From Rhodobacter capsulatus SB 1003 (lineage in GTDB: Bacteria > Pseudomonadota > Alphaproteobacteria > Rhodobacterales > Rhodobacteraceae), in assembly GCF_000021865.1 (NCBI RefSeq), contig NC_014034.1, forward strand, positions 3,540,001-3,572,000: a DNA stretch of 32,000 nucleotides, given 5' to 3'. The notes under the pieces were generated by a model, which did no database searches, was not told where the DNA came from, and was given only the letters and a program-made list of their open reading frames with translations. Positions 19,649 to 30,037 of this stretch are shown here, in pieces; the stretch's first letter is position 1; every line of letters begins with the position of its first letter. The translations under genes were made by a program, and so were the position numbers.

Positions 19649-20596
19649 ATGCACAGCACAGCCCAAGACCTTTATACCCTGCCGCTGATGGATCTTCTGT
19701 TCCGGGCGCAAAGCGTGCACCGGCAGAATTTCGACCCCAACCGCATCCAATGCGCCAAGCTTCTGTCGATCAAGACCGGCGGCTGCGGCGAGGATTGCGC
19801 CTATTGCGCGCAATCGCGGCGCAACGGCGCGACGCTGCCCGCCGCGAAGCTGCTGGAGGTGCAGAAGGTTCTGGCCGAGGCGCAAAAGGCCAAGGAGGCG
19901 GGGGCCACCCGCTATTGCATGGGCGCGGCCTGGCGCTCGCCCAAGGACCGCGACATGCCCGCGGTGCTGGCGATGGTCGAGGGGGTGAAGGCGCTCGGTC
20001 TGGAAACCTGCATGACGCTGGGCATGCTGGATGACAGGCAGGTGCGGCAGCTGAAGGCCGCGGGGCTGGATTACTACAACCACAATATCGATACGTCGGA
20101 GCGGTTCTACCCTTCGGTGATCTCCACCCACAGCTTTGCCGACCGGCTGGAGACGCTCGACCGCGTCCGCGCGGCGGGGATCAATGTCTGTTCGGGCGGG
20201 ATCGTCGGCATGGGCGAGACGGCCGATGACCGCATCAGCATGATCCAGACACTGGCCGATCTGCCCGAGCCGCCGCAATCGGTCCCGATCAACATGCTGA
20301 TGCCGATGGCCGACACGCCCCTGGCCGATGCCGCGCCGCTCGACCCGATCGAGATGGTCCGCACCATCGCCACCGCCCGCATCCTGATGCCGAAATCCTA
20401 CGTGCGGCTTTCCGCCGGGCGCAGCGCGATGTCGGATGAATTGCAGGCGATGTGCTTCTTTGCCGGGGCGAATTCGATCTTTGTCGGCGACACGCTGCTG
20501 ACCGCCGAAAACCCCGATGACAGCGCCGATGCCCGGCTTTTCGCCAAGCTCGGCCTGCGCCCCGAGGCGCCGCGGCCCTGCGGGGATGCGGCATGA
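19649..20596 (+). CDS. bioB: biotin synthase
   Basis: Radical-SAM motif [11 protein letters not shown] and YNHNIDT. ATG 19649 follows AAGAGGA. Confidence 0.92.
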   Translation: MHSTAQDLYTLPLMDLLFRAQSVHRQNFDPNRIQCAKLLSIKTGGCGEDCAYCAQSRRNGATLPAAKLLEVQKVLAEAQKAKEAGATRYCMGAAWRSPKDRDMPAVLAMVEGVKALGLETCMTLGMLDDRQVRQLKAAGLDYYNHNIDTSERFYPSVISTHSFADRLETLDRVRAAGINVCSGGIVGMGETADDRISMIQTLADLPEPPQSVPINMLMPMADTPLADAAPLDPIEMVRTIATARILMPKSYVRLSAGRSAMSDELQAMCFFAGANSIFVGDTLLTAENPDDSADARLFAKLGLRPEAPRPCGDAA

Positions 20597-21726
20597 GCCG
20601 GTATCCCCGTCATGCCGCGCGTCTGGCCCGGCTGGCCGAACGCGGGCGGGCGCGGGCGCTGACCCCGGCACGGGGGCTTGATTTCGCCTCGAACGATTAC
20701 CTTGGCCTGCGGGCCTCGGCGGATCTGGCGCAGGCGGTGGCCGAGGCGCTGGCGCGCGGGGTTGCGGTGGGGGCGGGCGGATCGCGGCTTCTGCGCGGCA
20801 ATGACCCGGAATTTGGCGCGCTGGAGCAAGAGGCCGCCGGTTTTTTCGGTGCCGAGGCCTGTCTTTTCATGGGCGGCGGGTTTCAGGCCAATCAGGCGGT
20901 CTCTTGCGACGCTGCCGATGGCGGGGATCTGGTGCTGCATGACGTGCTGATCCATGCCAGCGCGCATGAGGGGCTGCGGCTGGGCTCGGCCGAGGCACGC
21001 AGCTTTCGCCACAATGACGCGCAGGATGCCGCCGATCAGATCCGGCTCTGGCGGGCGGCGGGCGAGCGCGGCCGGGTCTGGATCGCGCTTGAGACGCTGT
21101 ATTCGATGGAGGGCGATTTCGCCCCCGTGGACGATTTCGTCGCCCTTGCGCGGCGCGAAGATGCGGTGCTGATTTTGGACGAGGCGCATGCGACCGGGCT
21201 TTACGGCCGCGACGGGCGCGGTCTGGCCCCCGAGGCGGGCGATCTGGCGCTGATCGTCGTGCATACCTGCGGCAAGGCCCTGGGCGCGGGCGGGGCGCTG
21301 ATCTGTGCCGATCGGGCGGTGATCGAGACGCTGGTGAACCGCGCCCGGCCCTTCCTCTATGCCACCGCGCCCTCGCCCCTGCTGGCGGCGGCGGTGCGGG
21401 CGGCCTTGCGGCTTTTGCCCGCGCGACCCGGGCTGCGCGCCCATGCGGCGGCGCTGCGGGCACGGGCGCGGCACCGTGCGGCGCAGATCGGCTGGGAGGC
21501 CGGGCAAAGCCAGATCCTGCCGCTGATCCTGGGCACGGATGCCGCCGCGTTGCAGGCCGCGCAGGCGCTGCACCAAGCGGGGTTCGATCTGCGCGCCATC
21601 CGTCCGCCGACCGTGCCCAAGGGCACGGCGCGGCTGCGGCTTTCGCTGACCGGCGGGCTGCAGGTGCCGGATATCGACGCGCTCTTCGACGCGCTGGCCA
21701 GCCTGCGGATCGGGGGGCTGCGATGA
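20593..21726 (+). CDS. bioF: 8-amino-7-oxononanoate synthase
   Basis: FASNDYLGL, and PLP-lysine context [12 protein letters not shown] overlap with bioB. Confidence 0.88.
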   Translation: MSRYPRHAARLARLAERGRARALTPARGLDFASNDYLGLRASADLAQAVAEALARGVAVGAGGSRLLRGNDPEFGALEQEAAGFFGAEACLFMGGGFQANQAVSCDAADGGDLVLHDVLIHASAHEGLRLGSAEARSFRHNDAQDAADQIRLWRAAGERGRVWIALETLYSMEGDFAPVDDFVALARREDAVLILDEAHATGLYGRDGRGLAPEAGDLALIVVHTCGKALGAGGALICADRAVIETLVNRARPFLYATAPSPLLAAAVRAALRLLPARPGLRAHAAALRARARHRAAQIGWEAGQSQILPLILGTDAAALQAAQALHQAGFDLRAIRPPTVPKGTARLRLSLTGGLQVPDIDALFDALASLRIGGLR

Positions 21727-22340
21727 CCTCTGCCTTGGTGATCACCGGCACCGATACCGGCGTCGGCAAGACCGTCTTCAGCGCCGGGCTGACGCTGGCC
21801 CTGCAGGCGACCTATTGGAAACCGGTTCAGGCCGGGCTGGAGGAAGAGACCGACCGCGAGACGGTGGCGCGGCTGACCGGCTGCCCGACCCTGCCCGAGG
21901 CCTATCGGCTGCGCAGCCCGGCCTCGCCGCATCTTGCCGCGGCGCGGGACGGGGTCGAGATCGCGCCGATGCCCCTGCCCGATCTGCCCGGCCCGCTGGT
22001 GATCGAGGCGGCGGGCGGCGCGCTGGTGCCGCTGGAAGGGCGCAGGCTTTACGCCGATCAGATGGCGGACTGGCAGGCGCCGGTGATCGTGGTGGCGCGC
22101 ACGGCGCTTGGCACGATCAACCACAGCCTTTTGACGATCGAGGCGCTGCGCGCCCGCCGCGTGCCGGTGCTGGGCCTGGCTTTCATCGGTGCGGAGGTCC
22201 GCGACAGTCAGGACACGATCTGCCGTCTGGCCGGTCTGCCCTCGCTTGGCCGTCTGCCGCAGCTGCCCGATCTGAGCCGCGCGACGCTGGCCGCGGCCTT
22301 TCGCGGCATCGACCTGACGACGATCCGGGGGGCGCTGTGA
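21723..22340 (+). CDS. bioD: dethiobiotin synthetase
   Basis: P-loop ITGTDTGVGKT. ATGA overlap with bioF. Confidence 0.88.
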   Translation: MTSALVITGTDTGVGKTVFSAGLTLALQATYWKPVQAGLEEETDRETVARLTGCPTLPEAYRLRSPASPHLAAARDGVEIAPMPLPDLPGPLVIEAAGGALVPLEGRRLYADQMADWQAPVIVVARTALGTINHSLLTIEALRARRVPVLGLAFIGAEVRDSQDTICRLAGLPSLGRLPQLPDLSRATLAAAFRGIDLTTIRGAL

Positions 22341-23608
22341 CCGACGATCTGGCCTTTGATGCCGCCCATGTCTGGCATCCCTACACGGCGCGGTTCACCG
22401 CCGCACCGCAGCACAAGATCGTCGCCGCCAAGGGGATCTGGCTGACGCTGGAAGACGGGCGGCAGATGATCGACGCGATGTCTTCCTGGTGGTGCGCGGC
22501 CTTCGGCCATGCGCCCGAACCGCTGGTGCGGGCGCTGCAGGCGCAGGCCGCGACCCTGCCGCATGTGATGTTCGGCGGGCTGACGCATCGCCCCGCCATC
22601 GAACTGACCCGCCGTCTGGTCAGGGCCCTGCCCGAGGGGCTGGATCAGGTTTTCTATTCCGACAGCGGCTCGGTCGCGGTCGAGGTGGCGGTGAAGATGG
22701 CGGTTCAGGCGCAGCTGGCGCAGGGGCGGCGCGGGCGCACCCGGCTGGCCACGGCGCGCGGCGGCTATCACGGCGACACCTGGACGGCGATGAGCCTCTG
22801 CGACCCGGAGGCCGGGATGCATGCCCATTTCGGAAGCGCCATCGCGCCGCAGCATTTCGTTGCCCGCCCGCCGGTGGCCTATGGCGCCGACTGGCCCGAG
22901 GACGACCGGCGGAACGGGCTGGCCGAGGTCGAAGCGCTGTTCGAGCGGCACGGCGCGCAGATCGCCGCCTTCATCCTCGAGCCCATCGTGCAGGGCGCCA
23001 GCGGCATGCATTTCCATCACCCCGCCTATCTACGCGGCCTGCGGGCGCTTTGCGACCGCCATGACATCGCGCTGATCTTCGACGAGATCGCCACCGGCTT
23101 CAGCCGCACCGGCAGCGATTTCGCGCTGCACAGGGCCGGGGTGGTGCCCGACATCCTCTGTCTGGGCAAGGCGCTGACCGGCGGCATGATGAGCCTTGCC
23201 GCGACGGTCGCAACCCGCGATCTGGCCGGGCGGGTGGGCGCCTTGATGCACGGGCCGACCTTCATGGCCAATCCGCTCGCCTGCGCGGTGGCAGCGGCGG
23301 CGATGGATCTGTGGCAAGGCCACGACTGGTCGGCCGAGGCCCGCCGGATCGAGGCGCAGCTGACGCAGGAGCTGGCGCCTGCACGCGGGTTTGCGGGCGT
23401 GGCCGATGTGCGCTGCCTCGGCGGCATCGGCGTGATCGAGATGAAAGCCCCCCTGCCGCTGGCGCCGATCCACCGCTTTTGCGCGCAAACCGGCGTCTGG
23501 CTGCGCCCCTTCGGCCGGGTTCTTTACGCGATGCCGCCGCTGACGATCGGGCCGGACGATCTGAGCCGCGTGACGGCCGCCATGCGCACCATCGCCGGGG
23601 GGCTGTGA
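22337..23608 (+). CDS. bioA: adenosylmethionine-8-amino-7-oxononanoate aminotransferase
   Basis: HVWHPYT, SSWWCAAFGH, FDEIATGF and LCLGKALTGG. GTG 22337 overlaps the bioD stop as GTGA. The upstream part of the 597-aa track ORF is rejected. Confidence 0.88.
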   Translation: MTDDLAFDAAHVWHPYTARFTAAPQHKIVAAKGIWLTLEDGRQMIDAMSSWWCAAFGHAPEPLVRALQAQAATLPHVMFGGLTHRPAIELTRRLVRALPEGLDQVFYSDSGSVAVEVAVKMAVQAQLAQGRRGRTRLATARGGYHGDTWTAMSLCDPEAGMHAHFGSAIAPQHFVARPPVAYGADWPEDDRRNGLAEVEALFERHGAQIAAFILEPIVQGASGMHFHHPAYLRGLRALCDRHDIALIFDEIATGFSRTGSDFALHRAGVVPDILCLGKALTGGMMSLAATVATRDLAGRVGALMHGPTFMANPLACAVAAAAMDLWQGHDWSAEARRIEAQLTQELAPARGFAGVADVRCLGGIGVIEMKAPLPLAPIHRFCAQTGVWLRPFGRVLYAMPPLTIGPDDLSRVTAAMRTIAGGL

Positions 23609-24204
23609 TGCGGGCAGACTGGTTGCAGCGGCGGGGCAGCGCGGATCTGATCCTGGTCTTTGCGGGCTGGGCGGTGGGGCTTGATCCGTTTCGGCATCTG
23701 AGCGGCGCGGCGGATGTTCTGGTGCTCTCGGATTATCGCGACGAGACCCTGCCCGAGGCGCTTTGGGCGCCCGGCAAGCGCCTGAGTGTCGTCGCCTATT
23801 CGATGGGCGTCGCCGTCGCCGCCCGGCATCTGCCGCGGCTGCGGCCCAAGCGGGCCGTAGCGATCTGCGGCGCCCCCGATCCGCGCGCGGTGATCGGCCC
23901 GGCGATCTATGACGCCACCCTTGCCGGGCTGAGCCCGCAAAGCCTTGGGCAATTTTCCCGCCGCGCCGGGGCCGCCGTCCCGCCCGGGGCCGAGATCCCC
24001 GCGCTGGCCGCCGAACTTCGCGCGCTGGCCGGCCGCCCGGCCGCCCCCGCCCCGGCCTTTGACCGCATCCTTGCCGCGACCGGAGACCGCATCTTTCCCC
24101 GGGCCGCGATGGCCGCTGCCTGGCCAGGCGCCGAGATCGACTGGATCGCGGGCGGCCACAGCCCCTTTGCGCGCTGGCGCGACTGGCAGGAGATCACCGG
24201 ATGA
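23608..24204 (+). CDS. bioG: pimeloyl-ACP methyl ester esterase, DUF452/BioG type
   Basis: 198 aa. LILVFAGW, nucleophile elbow VAYSMGV, and later GDRIFP and GGHSPF give a Ser/Asp/His triad. It sits between bioA and bioC. Confidence 0.65.
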   Translation: MRADWLQRRGSADLILVFAGWAVGLDPFRHLSGAADVLVLSDYRDETLPEALWAPGKRLSVVAYSMGVAVAARHLPRLRPKRAVAICGAPDPRAVIGPAIYDATLAGLSPQSLGQFSRRAGAAVPPGAEIPALAAELRALAGRPAAPAPAFDRILAATGDRIFPRAAMAAAWPGAEIDWIAGGHSPFARWRDWQEITG

Positions 24205-24929
24205 TCCCGCGCATCGCCGCGGGATTTGCCCGCCATCTGACAAGTTACGACACCGCCGCCACGGCGCAGGCGCAGATCGCCGACCGGCTGGCGGCCCGGA
24301 TCGCGCCGCGGATCGCCCCCGCGGCGCGGATCCTGGAACTGGGCCATGGCACCGGGTTTCTGACACGCCAGCTTGCGCGGCTTGCCCCCGATGAGATCTG
24401 GCTCAACGATCTTGTCGCGCCGCTGCCCGAGATGTCCTGGCCCGCCGCGACGAAAGTGCAGGCGCTGCCCGGAGATGCCGCGGCCCTGCGCTTTCCCGCC
24501 GGGCTTGACCTGATCGCCTCGGCCTCGATGCTGCAATGGCTTGCCGATCCGGCGGCGCTTTTGCACCGGGCCGCGCAGGCGCTGCGCCCGGGGGGCATTC
24601 TGGCGGTCAGCAGTTTCGGGCCGGGGAATTTCCCCGAACTGGCCGGGCTGGGCCTGCCGCCCGGGGCGCCCGCCTATCGCGATGCGGCGGGGCTTTGCGC
24701 CGATCTGCCCGCGGGCATGCAGGTTCTTGATGCCTGGGACGAGAGCCTGCCGCGCGCCTTTCCCGATGCCCGGGCGCTGATGGCGCATCTGCGGGCGACG
24801 GGGGTGAACGGGCTGCGGGCGGGGCATCTGACGGTGCCGCGCCTGCGCGCGCTGATGCGGCAGATGAATCGGGCCGGGCCGACAACTTTGACCTATCGCC
24901 CGTCTTACTGTATTGCGCGCAGGTGCTGA
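24201..24929 (+). CDS. bioC: malonyl-ACP O-methyltransferase
   Basis: SAM-methyltransferase motif ILELGHGTGFLT, and YDTAATAQAQIA typical of BioC. ATGA overlap with bioG. Confidence 0.8.
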   Translation: MIPRIAAGFARHLTSYDTAATAQAQIADRLAARIAPRIAPAARILELGHGTGFLTRQLARLAPDEIWLNDLVAPLPEMSWPAATKVQALPGDAAALRFPAGLDLIASASMLQWLADPAALLHRAAQALRPGGILAVSSFGPGNFPELAGLGLPPGAPAYRDAAGLCADLPAGMQVLDAWDESLPRAFPDARALMAHLRATGVNGLRAGHLTVPRLRALMRQMNRAGPTTLTYRPSYCIARRC

Positions 24930-24971
24930 TCGGCCTTCGTGCCGCGAAAATCCCTTCGGTTCCCGCCTTTC

Positions 24972-25595
24972 ATGCCCGTCTCGCCCACCCCGCAGCTGAT
25001 CGCCGACGAAATCGCCCGCCGCATCATCCGCGGCGAGCTGAGCGCGGGCGAGCGTCTGCGACAGGATTATGTGGCGGCGGAATTCGGCGTCAGTCACGTT
25101 CCGGTGCGCGAGGCGCTGCTGAAGCTTGCGGCGCGCGGGCTGGTGGTGTCGCAGCACAACAAGGGCGTGCAGGTCGCGCCGCTTGACCCGCTGGCGCAGC
25201 GCGAGCTGAAGCTGATGCGTCTGGCGCTGGAGCCGCTGACGCTGCTGCATTCGGTCCCGCACCTGACCCCGGCGCAGGTGCGCGAGGCCGACCGGCTGCG
25301 CGAGGCCTGCGATCAGGCGCCGGACATCTACACCTGGGAAGAGATGAACCGCGCCTTCCACATGCAGATCTACGAGGCCTGCGAGATGCCACGTCTGCTG
25401 GAAACGGTCGAGAACATGCAAAATCTTGCGGCCCGTTACATCCTTGTCCACTATCGGTCGCGGTGGCGGCCGCGGATCGACACCGATCACCACGGCATCA
25501 TCGCCGCGATCCGTCGCCGCGACGCCAAGGGCGCGGCCGCGATCCTCGAGCGCCACCTGCAACGGCTGAGCCAGGTGTTTGATCCCAGGGCCTGA
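24972..25595 (+). CDS. bioR: GntR/FadR-family (FCD domain) transcriptional regulator, probable biotin regulator
   Basis: N-terminal wHTH (LRQDYVAAEFGVSHVPVREAL) plus an FCD-like C-terminal domain. It starts 42 nt after bioC, and BioR-like boxes lie upstream of bioB. Confidence 0.5.
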   Translation: MPVSPTPQLIADEIARRIIRGELSAGERLRQDYVAAEFGVSHVPVREALLKLAARGLVVSQHNKGVQVAPLDPLAQRELKLMRLALEPLTLLHSVPHLTPAQVREADRLREACDQAPDIYTWEEMNRAFHMQIYEACEMPRLLETVENMQNLAARYILVHYRSRWRPRIDTDHHGIIAAIRRRDAKGAAAILERHLQRLSQVFDPRA

Positions 25596-25775
25596 TCGGC
25601 TGGCGGATGTTGCCGCCACCGGCATCTCCGGCGCGACGGCGATCACCTGATCGGCCTTGTCCTCGCCCCCCTCGCGCGCGCGCCATGTCGCAAGGTCAAG
25701 CGGCACGAGCCTCGGCACCGGCAGCCGCCCCTCACCGCCCTGCGCGCCTTCGAGGCCGCGATCCGTCACGGCCGC

Positions 25776-26579
25776 ATGACCCGCGCCGCCGAGGAGCTGG
25801 GCGTGACCCATGGCGCGATCAGCCGACAGGTGCGGCTGTTGGAGGACACGTTCGGCACGCCACTGATGATGCGCAGCCAAAGCGGCCTTGTGCCGACGGA
25901 GGCGGGCGCCGCCCTGGCCCGGCGCCTCTCCCGCGGCTTTCGCGAGATCGAGGCGGGCGTGGACCTGCTGCGGGCGGATGCGGGGGGCGTGCTCGATGTC
26001 TCCTGCCTTGGCACCTTCACCCTGCGCTGGCTGATCCCGCGGCTTGGCCGCTTTGCCACCGCCCATCCCGGCATCGAGGTGCGGCTCACGCAATCCGATG
26101 CGCCCTGCGATTTCAGCCGGGGCCGTTACGATGTGGCGATCCGGGTGACCGACCACGACTTGCCCGAGGGCGCCCATGTCACCCCGCTTTTTGCCGAGCG
26201 GTTCGGCCCGGTCCTCTCGCCCGCGCTGGCCGAGAGGCTGGCGCTGCGCGGCCCTGCCGATCTCTCCCGCGCGCCGCGCCTTTGGGCCCGCACCCGGCCC
26301 GGCGCCTGGGCCGATTGGGGCGCCCGCAGCGGCGTCGCGGTGCCCGAGGGCGGCACCGCTTATGAACATTTCTACTTCCTGCTCGAGGCCGCCGCCGCGG
26401 GGCTTGGCATAGCGATCGCCCCCGAGCCGCATGTGGCCGACGACCTTGCCGCGGGGCGGTTGGTGGCGCCCTTCGGCTTCCTGCCCTCGGGGCTTTCCTA
26501 TGTGGCGGTCCGGCGGTCCGATGCCCCCCGAAAGGCCCGCGTCTTTTGCGACTGGATCGGCCGCGAAGCGGCGGGCTGA
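25776..26579 (+). CDS. LysR-family (GcvA-like) transcriptional regulator; 5' end unresolved, possibly frameshifted
   Basis: MTRAAEELGVTHGAISRQVRLLE is the HTH, followed by a LysR substrate domain. The same frame upstream encodes the conserved QPPLTALRAFEAAIRHG but has no ATG, GTG or TTG back to the stop at 25593-25595. Confidence 0.7.
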   Translation: MTRAAEELGVTHGAISRQVRLLEDTFGTPLMMRSQSGLVPTEAGAALARRLSRGFREIEAGVDLLRADAGGVLDVSCLGTFTLRWLIPRLGRFATAHPGIEVRLTQSDAPCDFSRGRYDVAIRVTDHDLPEGAHVTPLFAERFGPVLSPALAERLALRGPADLSRAPRLWARTRPGAWADWGARSGVAVPEGGTAYEHFYFLLEAAAAGLGIAIAPEPHVADDLAAGRLVAPFGFLPSGLSYVAVRRSDAPRKARVFCDWIGREAAG

Positions 26580-26618
26580 AGCCACCACCCCCGAAATTGC
26601 CGCACCGCAGATTCTTTT

Positions 26619-26647
26619 CTGTCACCGCCACGATATTTTCCCGTCAC
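26619..26647 (+). promoter_or_regulatory. possible Pho box upstream of fabI
   Basis: CTGTCAC-cgcc-ACGATAT-tttc-CCGTCAC shows 11-bp phasing. The outer repeats match CTGTCAT at 6 of 7 and 5 of 7 positions. It lies 48 nt upstream of the fabI ATG. Confidence 0.25.
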
Positions 26648-26694
26648 GACCCGGGCGCAGCGTGATAATGACCTCTGAACGGAAAGGTTCGCCG

Positions 26695-27459
26695 ATGTTT
26701 TCTTTGGAAGGGCAAAAGGCGCTCGTCGTCGGAATTGCGAACGAACAGTCGATCGCCTTCGGCATTGCCCGGGCCTTGCGGGCACAGGGCGCCGATCTGG
26801 CCGTCACCTGGCTCAATGACAGGGCCGAGCCGCATGTGCGCCCGCTGGCGGAAGACCTTGAGGCCGAAATCATGATGCCGCTCGATGTCGCCGAGCCCGA
26901 TCAGCTTGCGGCGGTGTTCGAGGCGATCGCGGACCGCTGGGGGCGGCTGGACACGCTGGTCCATTCCATCGCCTTCGCGCCGCGGGCCGATCTGCACGGG
27001 CGGGTCGTCGATTGCTCCTCCGAGGGTTTCGCGCTGGCCATGGACACCTCGGTGCATTCCTTCCTGCGGATGATCCATCTGGCCGAACCGCTGATGACGG
27101 CGGGGGGCACCTGTCTTTCGGTGTCCTTCTTCGGCTCGACCCGGGTGGTGCGGCATTACAACCTGATGGGGCCGGTGAAAGCCGCGCTGGAAAGCGCCGT
27201 GCGCTATGCCGCAGCCGAATTGGGCGAAAAGGGCATCCGGGTGCATGCGCTCTCGCCCGGGCCGCTGGCCACCCGCGCCGCAAGCGGCATCGATCATTTC
27301 GACGAGATGATGGCCGAGGCGGCCGAGCGCGCGCCCACCCATCAGCTTGCAACGATAGAGGATATCGGCGCGATGGCCGCCTTTCTGGCCGCGCCCGAAG
27401 CGAAGAACCTGACCGGCGGGATCCACGAGATCGACGGCGGCTATTCCATCACCGCCTGA
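26695..27459 (+). CDS. fabI: enoyl-[acyl-carrier-protein] reductase (NADH), FabI family
   Basis: [22 protein letters not shown] and the SDR Tyr/Lys region [15 protein letters not shown] 26695 follows GGAAAGG. Confidence 0.85.
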   Translation: MFSLEGQKALVVGIANEQSIAFGIARALRAQGADLAVTWLNDRAEPHVRPLAEDLEAEIMMPLDVAEPDQLAAVFEAIADRWGRLDTLVHSIAFAPRADLHGRVVDCSSEGFALAMDTSVHSFLRMIHLAEPLMTAGGTCLSVSFFGSTRVVRHYNLMGPVKAALESAVRYAAAELGEKGIRVHALSPGPLATRAASGIDHFDEMMAEAAERAPTHQLATIEDIGAMAAFLAAPEAKNLTGGIHEIDGGYSITA

Positions 27460-27469
27460 GGAGGCCATC

Positions 27470-30037
27470 ATGGTCAGCGTTTTCGATTATACCGATCCGG
27501 CCCGCGCCGATGCCCTGCCCGGCCCCGCCGACGACCTTCTGGGGCTGGCCCGGCACCAGATCGCCACGGCGGCGGCGGAGCTGGAGGGCACGGCCGAGAC
27601 CGGCGAGATTCTGGCGACCGCGCTGCAGCGGCACGGCGGCCGGATCGTCCACAGCCATGCGGCCCGGCTGGGAGAGGCGATGCAACAGGCCGAAGCGATC
27701 ATCGACGCCTTTCGTCAGAACGGCGAGAGCCGCTCGGTCTTCGAAGCCTGGGTCGAATATCAGCGCGACGCGGCCGAGCGGCTGGTGCTGAGCCTTGACG
27801 CGTTGCGCCGGCGCGGCGACATCTTTCTGGAGCACGAGGCCGAGGGCTGCCCGCCGGTTCTGGTCTATGAGACCGAAAAGGTGATGGATGGGCGCGACCT
27901 GCCCCTGCCCTCGAACTACGTGCTGTTGCGGATCCTGCCGCCCGAGGGCGTGCAGATCGACCCGCGCCGTCGCCCCTATGTGATCATCGACCCGCGCGCC
28001 GGGCATGGCCCCGGCATCGGCGGCTTCAAGACCGACAGTCAGGTGGGCGTGGCCCTGCGCGCGGGCCATCCGGTCTATTTCGTGGCCTTCCGCCGTGCCC
28101 CCGAACCGGGGCAATTCCTGTCCTATGTCACCCGCGCCGAGGCCGCCTTCGTGCGCGAAGTGATGCGCCTGCATCCGGAAAGCGCCCGTCCGGTGGTGAT
28201 CGGCAATTGCCAGGGCGGCTGGGCGAGCCTGTTGCTTGCCGCGATGAACCCCGATCTGACCGGGCCGGTCGTCATCAACGGCGCCCCGGTCGCCCCCTGG
28301 TCGGGCCGCGTCGGCGAAAATCCGATGCGTTACAATGCCGGGCTGGCGGGCGGCACCTGGATTCCGATGATGCTCTCGGATCTGGGCGGCGGGGTGTTTG
28401 ACGGCGCGCATCTGGTGGCGAATTTCGAGCTGCTCAACCCGTCGCGCACGCTTTTCCGCAAATACACCGATCTTTACCGCGACATCGACACGGCCGAGGC
28501 GGCATTCCTTGATTTCGAACGCTGGTGGGGGGGCTTCTTCCTGCTGGCCGAGCCCGAAATCCGCTGGATCGTCGAGCAGCTTTTCGTCGGCAACCGGCTG
28601 GTGAAGAACGAGGCCCGGATCGAGCCCGGCCGCCCGGTCGATCTCAAGGCGATCCGGGCGCCGATCATCGTCTTTGCCAGCCACGGCGACAGCATCACGC
28701 CGCCGCAACAGGCGCTGAACTGGATCGTCGCGACCTATGCCGATGTCGCCGAAATCCGCATCCGCGGCCAGCGCATCGTCTACATGGTGCATGAGGAAGT
28801 CGGCCATCTGGGCATCTTCGTCTCATCGAAGATCGCCAATCGCGAACATTCCGAGGTTGCCTCGACGCTGAAGACGATCGAGGCCTTGGCCCCCGGGCTT
28901 TACGAAATGACGATCGAGGATGTGACCGAAACCGACGGGCGCAAGCATTTCACCGTGGGCTTTTGCGAACGCACGCTTGATGACATCCGCGCGCTTGACG
29001 ACGGGCAGGCGGACGAACGGCCCTTTGCCGCCGTCGCCCGGGTCTCCGAGGTGCAGGCGCAGCTTTACGAAACCCTGCTGCGCCCGGTGCTGCGCAGCCT
29101 TGTCACCGAAACCTCGGCGGAACTGAGCCGGGCTTTGCATCCCGAACGGCTGTCGCGGGCGCTGATCTCCTCGCGCAATCCGGCCACGGCGCCGCTGCAA
29201 AAGGCGGCCGAGCAGGTCCGCAAGGTCCGCACCAAGGCGCATCCCGCCAATCCGTTTCTGGCCGCCGAGGCGCTTTGGGTGCAGGGCACCGAGCAGATGA
29301 TCGACTTCTGGCGCGACAGCCGCGACATGGCGGCGGAACTGGCCTTTCACAGCCTTTGGGGCAACCCCTGGGCACGGGCCTTCGGCGCCAAGCACGAATC
29401 CCGCCGCACCCTGAAAAGTCAGGAAGAATTGCGGGCCCTGCCCGAGGTCGTCGCGGCGCTGCATGCAATCGAGCAGGGCGGCTTCGTCGAGGCGGTGATC
29501 CGGATGCTGGTGCTTTTGGCCGACACCCGCGGTCAGGTGCGGCGCGACCGGCTGGAACGCTCGGCCCGGGTGCTGACGCGCGACGCGCCCTTCCGCGGCC
29601 TTGGGGCCGAGCAGCGCGCGCTGATCATCCATCAGCAGACCCTGATCGCCACTTTCGAGCCCGACCGCGCGGTCGAGACCCTGCCGAAGCTTCTGCCCGG
29701 GGCGCAGGACCGGGCCTTGGCGCTGCGGGTGGTGCGCTACATCCCCGGCGCGGTGGCGGAAATGTCGCCCGAAACCCAAGCGATGCTGGCGCGGTTCGAG
29801 GCCGTGCTGGGGCTGGAGCCGCTGAGCGGCGACGTGACCGAGGACCCGCTTTCGCTGCCGCCCCCCGTTCCCCTGCCCGCCGCGTCGTCTCCGCAGATGT
29901 CGGATGCGCTGCCCGTGGCCCTTGCGCCCCTTGCCCCCCGGCCCGAGCTTGGCGCAGCCCCTTCCGAACCCGATGCCACCCCCCGCCCGGCCCGTCGCGG
30001 CAGCCATGGCGCGGCCCCGCAGGAGCGCAAACCATGA
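27470..30037 (+). CDS. DUF3141-type large alpha/beta-hydrolase protein with a PHA-synthase-like Cys-Asp-His triad; function unknown
   Basis: 855 aa. PhaC-like box GNCQGGW, then SHGDSITP and [21 protein letters not shown] lies 10 nt after the fabI stop. Confidence 0.7.
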   Translation: MVSVFDYTDPARADALPGPADDLLGLARHQIATAAAELEGTAETGEILATALQRHGGRIVHSHAARLGEAMQQAEAIIDAFRQNGESRSVFEAWVEYQRDAAERLVLSLDALRRRGDIFLEHEAEGCPPVLVYETEKVMDGRDLPLPSNYVLLRILPPEGVQIDPRRRPYVIIDPRAGHGPGIGGFKTDSQVGVALRAGHPVYFVAFRRAPEPGQFLSYVTRAEAAFVREVMRLHPESARPVVIGNCQGGWASLLLAAMNPDLTGPVVINGAPVAPWSGRVGENPMRYNAGLAGGTWIPMMLSDLGGGVFDGAHLVANFELLNPSRTLFRKYTDLYRDIDTAEAAFLDFERWWGGFFLLAEPEIRWIVEQLFVGNRLVKNEARIEPGRPVDLKAIRAPIIVFASHGDSITPPQQALNWIVATYADVAEIRIRGQRIVYMVHEEVGHLGIFVSSKIANREHSEVASTLKTIEALAPGLYEMTIEDVTETDGRKHFTVGFCERTLDDIRALDDGQADERPFAAVARVSEVQAQLYETLLRPVLRSLVTETSAELSRALHPERLSRALISSRNPATAPLQKAAEQVRKVRTKAHPANPFLAAEALWVQGTEQMIDFWRDSRDMAAELAFHSLWGNPWARAFGAKHESRRTLKSQEELRALPEVVAALHAIEQGGFVEAVIRMLVLLADTRGQVRRDRLERSARVLTRDAPFRGLGAEQRALIIHQQTLIATFEPDRAVETLPKLLPGAQDRALALRVVRYIPGAVAEMSPETQAMLARFEAVLGLEPLSGDVTEDPLSLPPPVPLPAASSPQMSDALPVALAPLAPRPELGAAPSEPDATPRPARRGSHGAAPQERKP

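Noticed and set aside
25607-26365. 252-aa plus-strand ORF overlapping the LysR gene in another frame
   Set aside because: It is Arg/Pro/Ala low-complexity sequence. Only its first codons (ATG 25685) may matter, as the displaced true start of the LysR gene.
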